Source of the DNA: Candidatus Lustribacter sp.
GTDB taxonomy: Bacteria > Vulcanimicrobiota > Vulcanimicrobiia > Vulcanimicrobiales > Vulcanimicrobiaceae
Assembly (NCBI GenBank): GCA_965277805.1
Contig: OZ255842.1
Location: forward strand, 3,040,001-3,104,000
Direction: 5' to 3'
Length of the DNA stretch: 64,000 bases
The position numbers and the translations under genes were made by a program. The notes under the pieces were generated by a model. It saw only the letters and a program-made list of their open reading frames with translations, had not been told where the DNA came from and searched no databases. Within the stretch, counting starts at the first letter, position 1. Every line of letters starts with the position of its first letter. Shown here one piece after another: positions 11,477 to 20,939 of the stretch.

Positions 11477-11706
11477 CTGTCATTCCGAGGAGCGCGGCAG
11501 AACTGTCATTCCGAGCAGCGCCGTAGGCGCGTCGACGAGGAATGTGCCACGATCTCCAGTACCGAGCGCGACCGCGAAGGCGGGAGCAGTGGGATGAAGA
11601 AAATTTTTGGAGTAACCACTGCTCCCGCCTTCGCGGTCGCACGTTGATCGCCGCGATTATCTCTCGTTCCTCGTCGGCGCCCCTTCGGGGCCTGCTCGGA
11701 ATGACA
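11477..11706. repeat. Nested inverted-repeat (REP/REPIN- or MITE-like) element between convergent genes
   Basis: Perfect 15-bp outer IR (11504-11518/11692-11706), 14-bp middle IR with one mismatch, perfect 25-bp inner IR (11568-11592/11616-11640), and an extra partial end at 11477-11489. Confidence 0.85.
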
Positions 11707-11717
11707 ATGCGAAAAAC

Positions 11718-13061
11718 TTAGCACTCTACGACGTTGACGGCTAGGCCGCCGAGGGATGTTTCTTTGTATTTGGATTGCATGTCGAGGCCGGTTTGGTACA
11801 TGACGGCGATGACTTGATCGAGTGAGACCTTGTGTTCGTCTTCGCCCATTGCCATGCGCACGGCGTTGATCGCCTTAACGGCGCCGATCGCGTTGCGTTC
11901 GATGCACGGGATCTGCACGAGGCCGCCGATCGGATCGCAGGTCATGCCGAGGTTGTGTTCCATCGCGATTTCGGCCGCATGTTCCATCTGCGCGTTCGTG
12001 CCGTTCAGCGCCGCAACCAGCCCAGCCGCGCCCATCGAGCACGCGACGCCGACTTCGCCTTGGCAGCCGACTTCGGCGCCCGAGATCGACGCGTTGCGTT
12101 TGTAGAGCATTCCGACCGCCGCTGCCGCGAGCAGACACCGCTCGATCCCGGCCGCATCGGCATCCGGAACGTAGTCGCGATAGTACCGGATCACGGCCGG
12201 GATAATTCCCGCCGCGCCATTCGTCGGTGCGGTAACGACGCGTCCGCCCGCGGCGTTCTCCTCGTTGACCGCAATGGCGACGACGTTGAGGTAGTCCATC
12301 GCTTCGAGGCCCTTGTCTTCGGAGCGCGCCAAGTACTTTGCATACAAGCGCGGCGCTCGGCGGCGCACGTTCAAACCACCCGGGAGAACGCCTTCGGTTT
12401 GGAGTCCGCGTTCGGCAGACTCATCCATCGTGCGCCAGATCGCGGCAAGCTCGCGCTGTAGTTCTTCGGCCGACTGGAACGCGAGTTCGTTCGCTTGAAC
12501 GATTTCCCATATTTTCAGCCCGCCCGCATCCGCGATTGCGAGCAGCTCTTCCGCCGAGGTAAAGGGATAGGGTACGTCTTCGCTGCGGCGCAGGCTCTCG
12601 AAGCCTTCGCCTTCAACCGCACCTCCGCCGATCGAGAAGTACTCCGCGCTTTTCATCATGTTCCCGTCCCGGTCGAACGCAATAAAGCGCATGCCGTTGG
12701 GATGATGCGGCAGCGTCGCGCCGGAGATGAACGCGATATCTGCTGCCGGATCGAATGCGATCGCCGCACCGCCCGGCAAACGCAGCGTTCGCTCCGCGGC
12801 AACGCGCTCCGGAAGCGTCGCGATGGTGTCGGGATCGATCGTGTCGGGCGCGTAACCCGAGAGACCGAAGAGCAGCGCGCGGTCCGTGCCGTGGCCGCGG
12901 CCGGTCAGCGCGAGCGAACCGAAGAGTTCCACCCGGATGCGCGCGATCGCCGCTTGACGCTCGGCGAGCAGCGAGATGAACATCATCGCCGCACGCATCG
13001 GCCCGACGGTGTGCGAACTCGACGGACCGATGCCGATCTTGAACACGTCGCCGAGGCGCAT
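11718..13061 (-). CDS. sdaA: L-serine ammonia-lyase (Fe-S dependent, single chain)
   Basis: Motifs [50 protein letters not shown] and [16 protein letters not shown]. Confidence 0.96.
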   Translation of the reverse strand: MRLGDVFKIGIGPSSSHTVGPMRAAMMFISLLAERQAAIARIRVELFGSLALTGRGHGTDRALLFGLSGYAPDTIDPDTIATLPERVAAERTLRLPGGAAIAFDPAADIAFISGATLPHHPNGMRFIAFDRDGNMMKSAEYFSIGGGAVEGEGFESLRRSEDVPYPFTSAEELLAIADAGGLKIWEIVQANELAFQSAEELQRELAAIWRTMDESAERGLQTEGVLPGGLNVRRRAPRLYAKYLARSEDKGLEAMDYLNVVAIAVNEENAAGGRVVTAPTNGAAGIIPAVIRYYRDYVPDADAAGIERCLLAAAAVGMLYKRNASISGAEVGCQGEVGVACSMGAAGLVAALNGTNAQMEHAAEIAMEHNLGMTCDPIGGLVQIPCIERNAIGAVKAINAVRMAMGEDEHKVSLDQVIAVMYQTGLDMQSKYKETSLGGLAVNVVEC

Positions 13062-13094
13062 CGAACATCGTTCGCCGCCTCGGTTGCGTTTAGC

Positions 13095-13601
13095 CTATGG
13101 GCGCGCGACCGTCCACGTGCCGCCGAACGACACGAGACCGTTGCCGTTCGTCTGGCCGGCGGCTGAGTCACCGGCATAGAGGTAGAGCGGGTGCCCCATG
13201 TATGCGAGCTGCACGAAGCCGCCGTCGTCCGGGCGCGCGAACGTCGTGAAGCCCGCGCTGAGCGCAACCCCGGCCGGCGGCGCAATCGGCGGCCAGACGC
13301 CGGTGCACCCGCTGGCCACGGTGCACGCAAGCGACGTCGTGGTGTCGTCGGACAGAACATACGTCGTTCGGCCCGACGGCTCCACGAAGCCCGGGGCTCC
13401 GAGCACGGTCGCGGTAGCAAGGGTCGTCGCGGCCGCGGCCGTCGCTGTAGGAGCGGCGGTCGCGATTGCGGTCGACGTGGGCGCGGCCGTCGGGGTCGCA
13501 GTGGCGACGGCCACGGCCGGCGCGGTATATCCGCCGCCGCCGCACGCGACGATGCCGAGCGCGGCAATGATCAAGGCAGTCCAGAGAGTGAAAGTACGCA
13601 T
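13095..13601 (-). CDS. Secreted lipoprotein with Lipoprotein_15 (COG4315)-like repeat
   Basis: Lipobox IVAC, Ala/Thr linker, then GRTTY...C...C...WPP...QLAYMGHPLYLYAGD...NG. Confidence 0.85.
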   Translation of the reverse strand: MRTFTLWTALIIAALGIVACGGGGYTAPAVAVATATPTAAPTSTAIATAAPTATAAAATTLATATVLGAPGFVEPSGRTTYVLSDDTTTSLACTVASGCTGVWPPIAPPAGVALSAGFTTFARPDDGGFVQLAYMGHPLYLYAGDSAAGQTNGNGLVSFGGTWTVARP

Positions 13602-13704
13602 GGCCCCAAGCCTAGCCGGGCCGTGTGAAACGCGCCTGAAGCATCGCGGTCCCGCTCTTTAGGTCTCGCTCAGCGCCGTTCTCAGCCGAGAACGTATTCT
13701 TTAG

Positions 13705-13733
13705 TTGACATATCGGCCCCAATCCGGTAGCCT
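13705..13733 (+). promoter_or_regulatory. Putative sigma70 promoter
   Basis: TTGACA-N17-TAGCCT upstream of the gene at 13796. Confidence 0.55.
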
Positions 13734-13795
13734 GCGCTGGTGCCGCGTGAAACTATATCCATAGTTGGTCCGTACCTTGCCCGAAAGGGGGCGAC

Positions 13796-15940
13796 GTGCG
13801 GATCGTTCTAGCCGGTCTTGCGATCGCGGTGGCGATCGCTTTGGGCAGCCTCCGCGCCGATGCCGCCGTCGTGTCGGCGACGGTGCAAAAAGTCGCGCCG
13901 CCGCCGGTGCTCGACCCGCAGGCGGCCGTGACCGGCTGGCCCGCCGACCCCGTGCTCCCGCTGCCTTGGGACGTCGTGTCAGCCCGCAACGCCGCCGAGC
14001 CGACCAGCGTGCACGTTGCGTCCGACGGCACGTATCTCTTCGTGCGCTTCGATGCGACGCAAATCGAACCGGTGTCGGCGACACAACACAGCAACGACAC
14101 GATCACCGGCGGCAGCCGCGGCAACGGCGGCGCGCTCGCGTGGAGCAGCGACGATGCGGTGTGGGTCGATTTGTGGCCCACCGGCGCGACCGGATTCCAA
14201 TACCAGTTCGAAGCCAATCCGAACGGTTCGCACAACGAAAGTTCGAGCGAGAACACGGCGTTCGCACCGCAGTGGGAGTCGCACGGGGCGATCCGGGATG
14301 GCGGCTACACGGTCACGATGGCGATCCCGCTGAACGTGCTGCACGGCGCGCACGACGGTGCGTGGCGCGCGCAATTCATCCGCTACGTGCGCGCGACCGG
14401 TGCCGAATACGTGTGGTCGTTCGATGCCTCACAGAACAACCCCGACGACGTGACGCGCGCCGGCACGCTTACCATCACCATGAGCGGGAAGGCCCCGCTG
14501 CCGAAGCCGCGCGCCGCGATCTACGGGCTCGGTGCGTTGGCGAGCGCCCCGGCCGGCGGCTCGACCTCGCGCATGGGCGCGGACATTTCCGTTCCGGTCA
14601 CGCCTACGGCCGCGCTCTACGCGACCTTTCATCCCGACTATTCAAACGTCGAACTCGACCAGCAGACGATCTCGCCGAGCGTGTACTCGCGCCAGTTCAG
14701 CGAGGTGCGTCCGTTCTTCACCCAAGCCGCGTCGTACTTCAATACGTTCAGTTGCGACGTGTGTTTGGGTGGGCGCATCACGCTCTACACGCCGGCGATC
14801 CCGACATTTTCACAAGGCTACGCGTTCGAGGGCAAGCAGGGCGAGTACGGCTTCGCCGGCTTCGATGCGATCGGGCCCGGCCGCAGCGACATCGCGAGCG
14901 TGCTCGACTACACCTCACCCGACAACCGCTGGAACGCATCGTTCCAGCACGTCACGACCGATCTCACCGGGGCGACCGACGAAACGAACGAGATCGGCTT
15001 CAACTGGTCCGACTTGAAGTACCTCAGTGCCTACGCGAACTACGCGCAAGACAACGGCACGTTCGTCACCCGTCCGAACCTCGGCAAGGCGATCGACGTC
15101 GGCGGCGGGTACGGCTCGCCGCACTTCGCATTATACGGCGCCCTTCGCAGCGTCGGCGCGCAGTTCAATCCCATCGACGGCTACGTCGCGCACCCCGACA
15201 TCGCGGGCTACGCGCTCTACAGCGCGCGCATCTGGACGTTCGCACCGCAGGACGTGCTGGCCGCGGTCGGGATCAGCGGCATCCTCGATCGCTTTCAAGG
15301 CATGAACTACGGCCAATCGCAAAGCGACAATCAGTTGCTCTTCGACGTCCTCACCAAAAGCGCGTGGGACTTCGAGGTCATCACCGGCTCCGATTACTGG
15401 CGTTTCGGGCCAACGCTCGAGCCCGTCTCGCAGAACGGCGGCTTCAACATCACCTATCACAGCGGGCTGCAGACGAACAACTCCGGCAACTTTCCCTCGC
15501 ACGGCACGACGGCGACGCCGACGACGATCAACTACTCCACCGGCCGCTACGGTGCGGGCCGCCTCGACACGTGGCTGCGCAGCTCGACCATCCGCGCCGG
15601 CGACAAGGGCACGGTCACGTTCACGATCGACAATACCTCACAGTGGATGCGCGGCCTCGCGCCCGACAACATCCAGTGGTTCGACGGCGTCGCGTACTCT
15701 TATCAAGTCAACCGGCAATCGTCGTTTGCCGTCGGCTTGCGCAGCGTGACCGGCAATCCGCCGCAGCCCAACGGCGGCGGCAACTGCATGGGCAAGTGCA
15801 CGAACGTCTCGGTCGCCTATCACTTGCGCCTAACGAACGAAGAATTCTATCTCGCTTACGGCAACCCGAATACGCTCACCACGGTGCCGCAAGCGATTCT
15901 CAAGGTCATCTTCTACTTAGGCGGCCAAAAGGGCACCTAA
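13796..15940 (+). CDS. Secreted/outer-membrane protein with CBM9-like N-domain and DUF5916-like region
   Basis: Signal peptide; LFVRF, YQFEANPNG, GYTVTMAIP, ATFHPDYSNVELD and FSEVRPFF motifs; beta-rich C-terminus. Confidence 0.7.
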   Translation: MRIVLAGLAIAVAIALGSLRADAAVVSATVQKVAPPPVLDPQAAVTGWPADPVLPLPWDVVSARNAAEPTSVHVASDGTYLFVRFDATQIEPVSATQHSNDTITGGSRGNGGALAWSSDDAVWVDLWPTGATGFQYQFEANPNGSHNESSSENTAFAPQWESHGAIRDGGYTVTMAIPLNVLHGAHDGAWRAQFIRYVRATGAEYVWSFDASQNNPDDVTRAGTLTITMSGKAPLPKPRAAIYGLGALASAPAGGSTSRMGADISVPVTPTAALYATFHPDYSNVELDQQTISPSVYSRQFSEVRPFFTQAASYFNTFSCDVCLGGRITLYTPAIPTFSQGYAFEGKQGEYGFAGFDAIGPGRSDIASVLDYTSPDNRWNASFQHVTTDLTGATDETNEIGFNWSDLKYLSAYANYAQDNGTFVTRPNLGKAIDVGGGYGSPHFALYGALRSVGAQFNPIDGYVAHPDIAGYALYSARIWTFAPQDVLAAVGISGILDRFQGMNYGQSQSDNQLLFDVLTKSAWDFEVITGSDYWRFGPTLEPVSQNGGFNITYHSGLQTNNSGNFPSHGTTATPTTINYSTGRYGAGRLDTWLRSSTIRAGDKGTVTFTIDNTSQWMRGLAPDNIQWFDGVAYSYQVNRQSSFAVGLRSVTGNPPQPNGGGNCMGKCTNVSVAYHLRLTNEEFYLAYGNPNTLTTVPQAILKVIFYLGGQKGT

Positions 15941-16866
15941 CCAGCGTCGATCATTGCGTTCGCGTCGAATCCGGACGGGACGAAGTTGAACTTGATCGCT
16001 GCGTCGACAATCGGCTGGATGAGCCGGATGTCGAGCGACGTTGCCAGGATCTGCTGCGGCAGCGCGAGGATCGTGGCCGGGTCAACGCCGGTGAACCTGG
16101 AGATCACCGGCGCGAGCTGATCGCGGTGATCGTTGCAAAACGCGCTCGCCTCGTTGATGATGCGCCGGAAGGTTGCGACAGTCGCCTTGTTCTTGGCAAT
16201 GTAGTCGGCCGTTGCGAAGAAGCCGGCTTGCAGAAAGCGGCGCGCGATCGCGGTGTTATCGTAGGCGACCAAGCGGACGCGGCCGCTTGCCAGCGCCTGA
16301 CCGAATTGCGGGTTCGGCAGCGTTCCCGCATCGACGCGGCCGGCTTCAACCGCGGCGGCCATTGCGGAGGCGGGGAGCTCGACGTAGCGCAACGATTTCC
16401 AATCGCCGCCGGTCTGGTCGACCCATGCCATCGTCCCGAGCGCGGTCAGGTCGTTGAGCGCGCCGACGCCCATGATCTTCCCGTTGAAGTCCTTTCCGGT
16501 CTTGAGCGGCGAGTTGGCAGCAGCGATCAGTCCCGCCGTCGGGGCATCGCCGCTGTAGATTCCCGCGGGCGCGACCAGCACGAACTGAATGCCCTTGGAC
16601 CGCCCGTTGAGGAGCGAGACCAAACTCGACTTTCCGATGTTGACCGCACCACCGGCGACCGCCGCGGCGACGGCCGACCCGCTGTTGGCTTTCTGCACGG
16701 CGACATCGAGGCCGGCTTTGCGGAAAGCGCCGGTCTCGAGAGCCCAGAACAATCCGGCGAGATCGTCGTTCGGCGCGGAGGCAACGGTGATTTGCGTGAG
16801 CGTTTGGCCGGTAGCGGCGAGCGGTATCACGGCGGCAGAACTAGCCAGAAATGCGGATCGCTTCAT
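15937..16866 (-). CDS. ABC substrate-binding protein, SsuA/NMT1-like (orphan)
   Basis: GAFRKAGLDV, KDFNGK, AWVDQTGGD and GRVDA motifs; Tat-like N-terminus. Confidence 0.85.
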   Translation of the reverse strand: MKRSAFLASSAAVIPLAATGQTLTQITVASAPNDDLAGLFWALETGAFRKAGLDVAVQKANSGSAVAAAVAGGAVNIGKSSLVSLLNGRSKGIQFVLVAPAGIYSGDAPTAGLIAAANSPLKTGKDFNGKIMGVGALNDLTALGTMAWVDQTGGDWKSLRYVELPASAMAAAVEAGRVDAGTLPNPQFGQALASGRVRLVAYDNTAIARRFLQAGFFATADYIAKNKATVATFRRIINEASAFCNDHRDQLAPVISRFTGVDPATILALPQQILATSLDIRLIQPIVDAAIKFNFVPSGFDANAMIDAG

Positions 16867-16884
16867 GCCACTATTCAGACCTCC

Positions 16885-17877
16885 CTAAACGCGGAACGAA
16901 CCGCCCATCGTTTCCCAGAACAGCTCGGAAAGCGTTACGCGGCGGTGCGCTACGCCCTGTACGTGCGCGAACTCGGCAAACGCCTCGAGCGTGACGCGGT
17001 TGGCTTCGACTCCGTAGGCGAACGGATCGGGACCGAAAAGTTCGCGCGCGCGTTCGAAGTAGTACACGCTCCACGGAACCGGAAAGCGCGAGGCGGTTGC
17101 CTCTAGAGCGCGCGCATAGCTACGCGCCTTCGCTTCCTCGAACGCCTTGTAGAGATTGCGCGCCACCCACGGATTACGCTCGAGGATCGGCCGCTTGATC
17201 GCGAGCACGTGCATGATCGGAAAGATGCGCGTGGCTTCGTAGTAGGCTTGCTCGACCGCTTGGTAATCGGCGAAAAGGCGCACGACGCGCGGATCGCCCG
17301 CTTCAAACGCGTGCGGCGGATGCGCGGCGAAGATCGCGGCGATCTCGCCGCTGAGCAGCATCTCGTTGAGACTCTTGCCCTTCACCGGTTCGAGCTTGAC
17401 GCCGGCGGGCAGGCGGAGTTCGACTTTCTCTTCGCGCCCTGCTTCGTTCGTGCCGGCTTGCACCCACTGCACGTCGGTCAATTTCAGACCGTACTGCTGC
17501 TCGAGAAAACCGCGTGAGTAGATCGCAGCCGTCTGCGCCCACTCGGGCAATCCGACTCTGCGGCCGCGCAGATCGTCGACCGTCTTGACCGGACCGTCGC
17601 GCAGCACGTACGCGGAGGACTGCCGGAACATCCGCGACGGGAAGACGGGAATCGCGCTGAACGTCGTGTCGCCTTGCGAAATCAGCGAGATGTATTTCCC
17701 GAACGAAAGCTCGCACGCATCGAACTCATGGTGCTTGAGCGAACGGTAGAAGATTTCCTCAACCTGGAAATCGAGCGCGAGCAGGTTGATGCCTTCGGCA
17801 CTTACGCGGCCGTACGCGAGATCGCGCGTGTGATCGTAGTCGCTGAGCGCCATGGTCAGGGAAAGCTTTTCTGACAC
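16885..17877 (-). CDS. 4,5-dihydroxyphthalate decarboxylase-like protein (PBP2 fold)
   Basis: Motifs [44 protein letters not shown] and [14 protein letters not shown] start with GGAGG RBS. Confidence 0.8.
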   Translation of the reverse strand: MSEKLSLTMALSDYDHTRDLAYGRVSAEGINLLALDFQVEEIFYRSLKHHEFDACELSFGKYISLISQGDTTFSAIPVFPSRMFRQSSAYVLRDGPVKTVDDLRGRRVGLPEWAQTAAIYSRGFLEQQYGLKLTDVQWVQAGTNEAGREEKVELRLPAGVKLEPVKGKSLNEMLLSGEIAAIFAAHPPHAFEAGDPRVVRLFADYQAVEQAYYEATRIFPIMHVLAIKRPILERNPWVARNLYKAFEEAKARSYARALEATASRFPVPWSVYYFERARELFGPDPFAYGVEANRVTLEAFAEFAHVQGVAHRRVTLSELFWETMGGSFRV

Positions 17878-17929
17878 CGCGGTTCGCCTCCGGACGGGAA
17901 AAACGTCGATTTCGGATAACCGCCGATAC

Positions 17930-18736
17930 ATGCCTTTTGCCGCCGATCTCGTCGAAAAACTCGCACGCGCACTCGATGAAGCGGAACGCACGCACAAACA
18001 GCTGCGTCAATTCTCGCTCGAATATCCCGATATCACGATCGAAGACGCGTATGCGATTCAACGCGTCTGGATGAAACTGAAACTGGCGAGCGGGCGAACC
18101 CTCAAAGGGCACAAGATCGGGCTGACTTCGCGCGCGATGCAACGCTCGTCCAACATCACCGAACCCGACTACGGCGCGCTGCTCGACGACATGTTCTTCG
18201 CCAACGGTGGCGACGTGCCGATCGACCGCTTCATCCTGCCGCGCGTGGAAGTCGAACTCGCGTTCATTCTCAAAGCCCGGCTCCACGGACCCGAGTGCAC
18301 GATTTTCGACGTGCTGTCGGCGACCGATTACGTGGTGCCCGCGATCGAAATCATCGATGCGCGCATCCAGCAGATCGATCCGGAGACGAAAGTGACGCGC
18401 AAGGTCTTCGACACGATCTCCGACAACGCGGCCGACGCCGGCATCGTGCTCGGCGGCCGCCCGGTCAAAACCAACGAAGTCGACCTGCGCTGGGTGGCAG
18501 CGATGCTCTACCGCAACGGCGTCATCGAGGAATCCGGCGTCGCGGCGGCCGTGCTCAACCATCCGGCCAACGGCCTCGCCTGGCTTGCAAACAAACTGCA
18601 CCCGCACGGCGTCACGCTCGAACCGGGCCAAGTGATCCTGTGCGGGTCGTTCACCGCTCCGGTCCAAGCGAAAGCGGGCGACACGTTCCACGTCGACTAC
18701 GGCCCGCTCGGCTCGATCTCGGTACGCTTCGCCTAA
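17930..18736 (+). CDS. hpaH: 2-oxo-hept-4-ene-1,7-dioate hydratase
   Basis: Motifs [40 protein letters not shown] and AVLNHPANG. Confidence 0.9.
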   Translation: MPFAADLVEKLARALDEAERTHKQLRQFSLEYPDITIEDAYAIQRVWMKLKLASGRTLKGHKIGLTSRAMQRSSNITEPDYGALLDDMFFANGGDVPIDRFILPRVEVELAFILKARLHGPECTIFDVLSATDYVVPAIEIIDARIQQIDPETKVTRKVFDTISDNAADAGIVLGGRPVKTNEVDLRWVAAMLYRNGVIEESGVAAAVLNHPANGLAWLANKLHPHGVTLEPGQVILCGSFTAPVQAKAGDTFHVDYGPLGSISVRFA

Positions 18737-18801
18737 CGCGACAAAGTCGCGATGTAGCAACGGCTATATGTCATGGCGGGGGCGCAAAGCGTTACTTCGC
18801 C

Positions 18802-19764
18802 TTACTTCGCGCGCACCGCCACGGGGGCGATCATCGACTCGGCGCGCATCGCCTTGTCGATGACGCCGTAGCGCACCGCGACGTCGATCATCGGCTGGAT
18901 GTCTATGGCATCGAGCGCCGGGGCGGAAGGCGAGCGCGCCATGTTCGCGACGACCGCCGGATCGAGCCCCCAGAACGGTGCCGTGACGGCGATCGTCTCG
19001 GCTTGGTGCGCGTTGGTGTACAACGTCGCGTCACGCAGCACTTGGCCGAACTTCACCAGCGGATCGTGATTCTGCGCGATGAAGCTTTCGGTCGCGCAAT
19101 ACGCGGTCACGAGAAAGCGTTTCGCAATCCCCGTGTTGGGCCGCCCGAGAATCCGGAACTTCCCGCTCGCCATCGCGTTCGCGAGAAACGGGTTCGGGAA
19201 CCCCGCCGCCAGGACGCGCCCGGTCTCGACCGCCGCCGTCATCGCCGAGATCGGCAGTTCGATGAACTTCACCGTCTTCGAATCGCCGCCGTTGGCATCG
19301 ATCCAGGCGCGATCCGCGATCCAGAAGTAATCGCGCAGCGACGGCGACGGCAGCGTACTGCCGTTGAGGTCGCGCGCGGATTTCACCGGCCCATCTTTGA
19401 GCACGATGATGCCCGCGCTCGGATCTTCGCCCACCGACAACTCGGCCGGCGCGATGAGCTGCACGGGTACGCCGTGACTGCGCGCGCTGACGAGCGGCAA
19501 GAGACTCGAACGTCCGATGTCCAGCGTGCCGCCGAGCACGGCCGCCGTCACCGCCGAACCCGACGTGAGTTTCTGGATGTCGACATCCAGACCGGCTTTG
19601 GCGAACATACCGGTCGCTTTTGCCCACAGCAGCGGCGTCACGTCGTCGGCAGCGTTAGTGCCGACGTGCAGCGTCGTCAAACCGCTCTGCGCGCCGGCCG
19701 GACGCGCGAACGCGGTCACCGCTACGCTTGCCAAGCCTGCGGTGAAATCGCGCCGGCTAGGCAT
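18802..19764 (-). CDS. ABC substrate-binding protein, SsuA/NMT1-like (orphan)
   Basis: MPSRRDF Tat-like signal; GMFAKAGLDV and AWIDANGGDSK motifs. Confidence 0.85.
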   Translation of the reverse strand: MPSRRDFTAGLASVAVTAFARPAGAQSGLTTLHVGTNAADDVTPLLWAKATGMFAKAGLDVDIQKLTSGSAVTAAVLGGTLDIGRSSLLPLVSARSHGVPVQLIAPAELSVGEDPSAGIIVLKDGPVKSARDLNGSTLPSPSLRDYFWIADRAWIDANGGDSKTVKFIELPISAMTAAVETGRVLAAGFPNPFLANAMASGKFRILGRPNTGIAKRFLVTAYCATESFIAQNHDPLVKFGQVLRDATLYTNAHQAETIAVTAPFWGLDPAVVANMARSPSAPALDAIDIQPMIDVAVRYGVIDKAMRAESMIAPVAVRAK

Positions 19765-20939
19765 TAAGCTCCGACGGTGGGCACGACGTCGTCGGGGGCG
19801 CGCTGCCATTTCTTCGGCGTGCCGCCGGCGGCGATCGTTTCCAGTTCGCGCTGCAAGATGCGCCGCCACAGCGCGATGCCGGCATCGGAGCGGCCGAGCG
19901 TTTCGGTCGCGTGGTTTTCGATGCGCCCTTGACCCGCCTGAACGGCGATGTCTTGAACGCGCGCGAGGATCGGATGGCGCACGTCGGCGTACGCAACCTT
20001 GCCCGACCAGATATCTTGCACGAGGGCATCGATGTCGGGCGCGGCGGCGCACTTCGCAAAGAACTCGCGGCGTTTGACCCAGTACGGTTCGATCTCGGCG
20101 CCCGTCACGGCAACCTTCGCGCTGACGAACCACTTGTGGTTTTCATCGTCGACCGGGGTGAAGTGGAACGTGATCGTCGGCCAGCCGCCGACGCCGTCCA
20201 TGCCGGCTTGCGGCGGAACGATCGTGCGCACGATGTTCGGCGCGTAGTGGAGCGTGTAGCGCGTCAGCCCGGTAGCGCGATTACCGTAGCGCATCATGCC
20301 CCATGGCGTTTCCTCGGCCGTGATGATCGGAAGATCGACCGACAGCTTCGCGTGCGAGCCGCCCGGCGCGTGCGTGAACGCGACGTGCACTTCGTCCATG
20401 CTGTTCTCGAACGACTGCAGGTAGTTGCAGGGCACGTCTGAGGGCACCCACGCTTCGATGATCCCTTCACCGGCGGCTTCGGGATACGGCGGAAACGCCG
20501 GCGGTTCGTCGGGACCGAAGAAGCCGTAAATCAACCCGAACGCTTCGCCGGTCGGGAACGTCGCGATGCGCACGTTCTTCTCGAAGCCTTCCTTTTCGGC
20601 CGGCGCTTCGATGCATTGGCCCGAACAGTCGTACTTCCAGCCGTGGTACACGCAGCGGATGTCGTCGTTCTCAACCCAGCCGAGGTGCATCAGCGCGCCG
20701 CGGTGCGGGCAGCGCTGCGCGATCAGTTGCGCGCGGCCGCTCTCGCCGCGGAAGAGCGTGTAGTCTTCGTTCATCACGCGCACCGGCAGCGCGCGGCCTT
20801 TCGGCAAGTCGACGGTGCGGCAAATCGCATGCCAGAACTGGCGCATGAAGATGCCGCCCGGCGTACCGGGCTTGGTGGTTGCGAGCTCGACGCTGCGGTC
20901 GGCTTTGCGCGCCGGCGTGATGCGGTCGGTAACGGCCAT
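19764..20939 (-). CDS. Rieske non-heme iron oxygenase alpha subunit (phthalate 4,5-dioxygenase/vanillate demethylase-like), copy B
   Basis: CPHRG...CVYHGW Rieske motif; ENSMDEVHVAFTH mononuclear Fe motif; QD motif. Confidence 0.9.
   Translation of the reverse strand: MAVTDRITPARKADRSVELATTKPGTPGGIFMRQFWHAICRTVDLPKGRALPVRVMNEDYTLFRGESGRAQLIAQRCPHRGALMHLGWVENDDIRCVYHGWKYDCSGQCIEAPAEKEGFEKNVRIATFPTGEAFGLIYGFFGPDEPPAFPPYPEAAGEGIIEAWVPSDVPCNYLQSFENSMDEVHVAFTHAPGGSHAKLSVDLPIITAEETPWGMMRYGNRATGLTRYTLHYAPNIVRTIVPPQAGMDGVGGWPTITFHFTPVDDENHKWFVSAKVAVTGAEIEPYWVKRREFFAKCAAAPDIDALVQDIWSGKVAYADVRHPILARVQDIAVQAGQGRIENHATETLGRSDAGIALWRRILQRELETIAAGGTPKKWQRAPDDVVPTVGA

Noticed and set aside
11477-11706. CRISPR array or tRNA/riboswitch
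   Set aside because: The repeats are inverted and nested, not regularly spaced direct repeats; no cas genes and no recognisable RNA-family consensus.
13420-13530. Ala/Thr-rich repeats in the lipoprotein
   Set aside because: Ordinary low-complexity linker.
13765-17106. 1113-aa plus-strand ORF
   Set aside because: Arg-rich shadow frame overlapping three well-supported genes; typical high-GC artefact.
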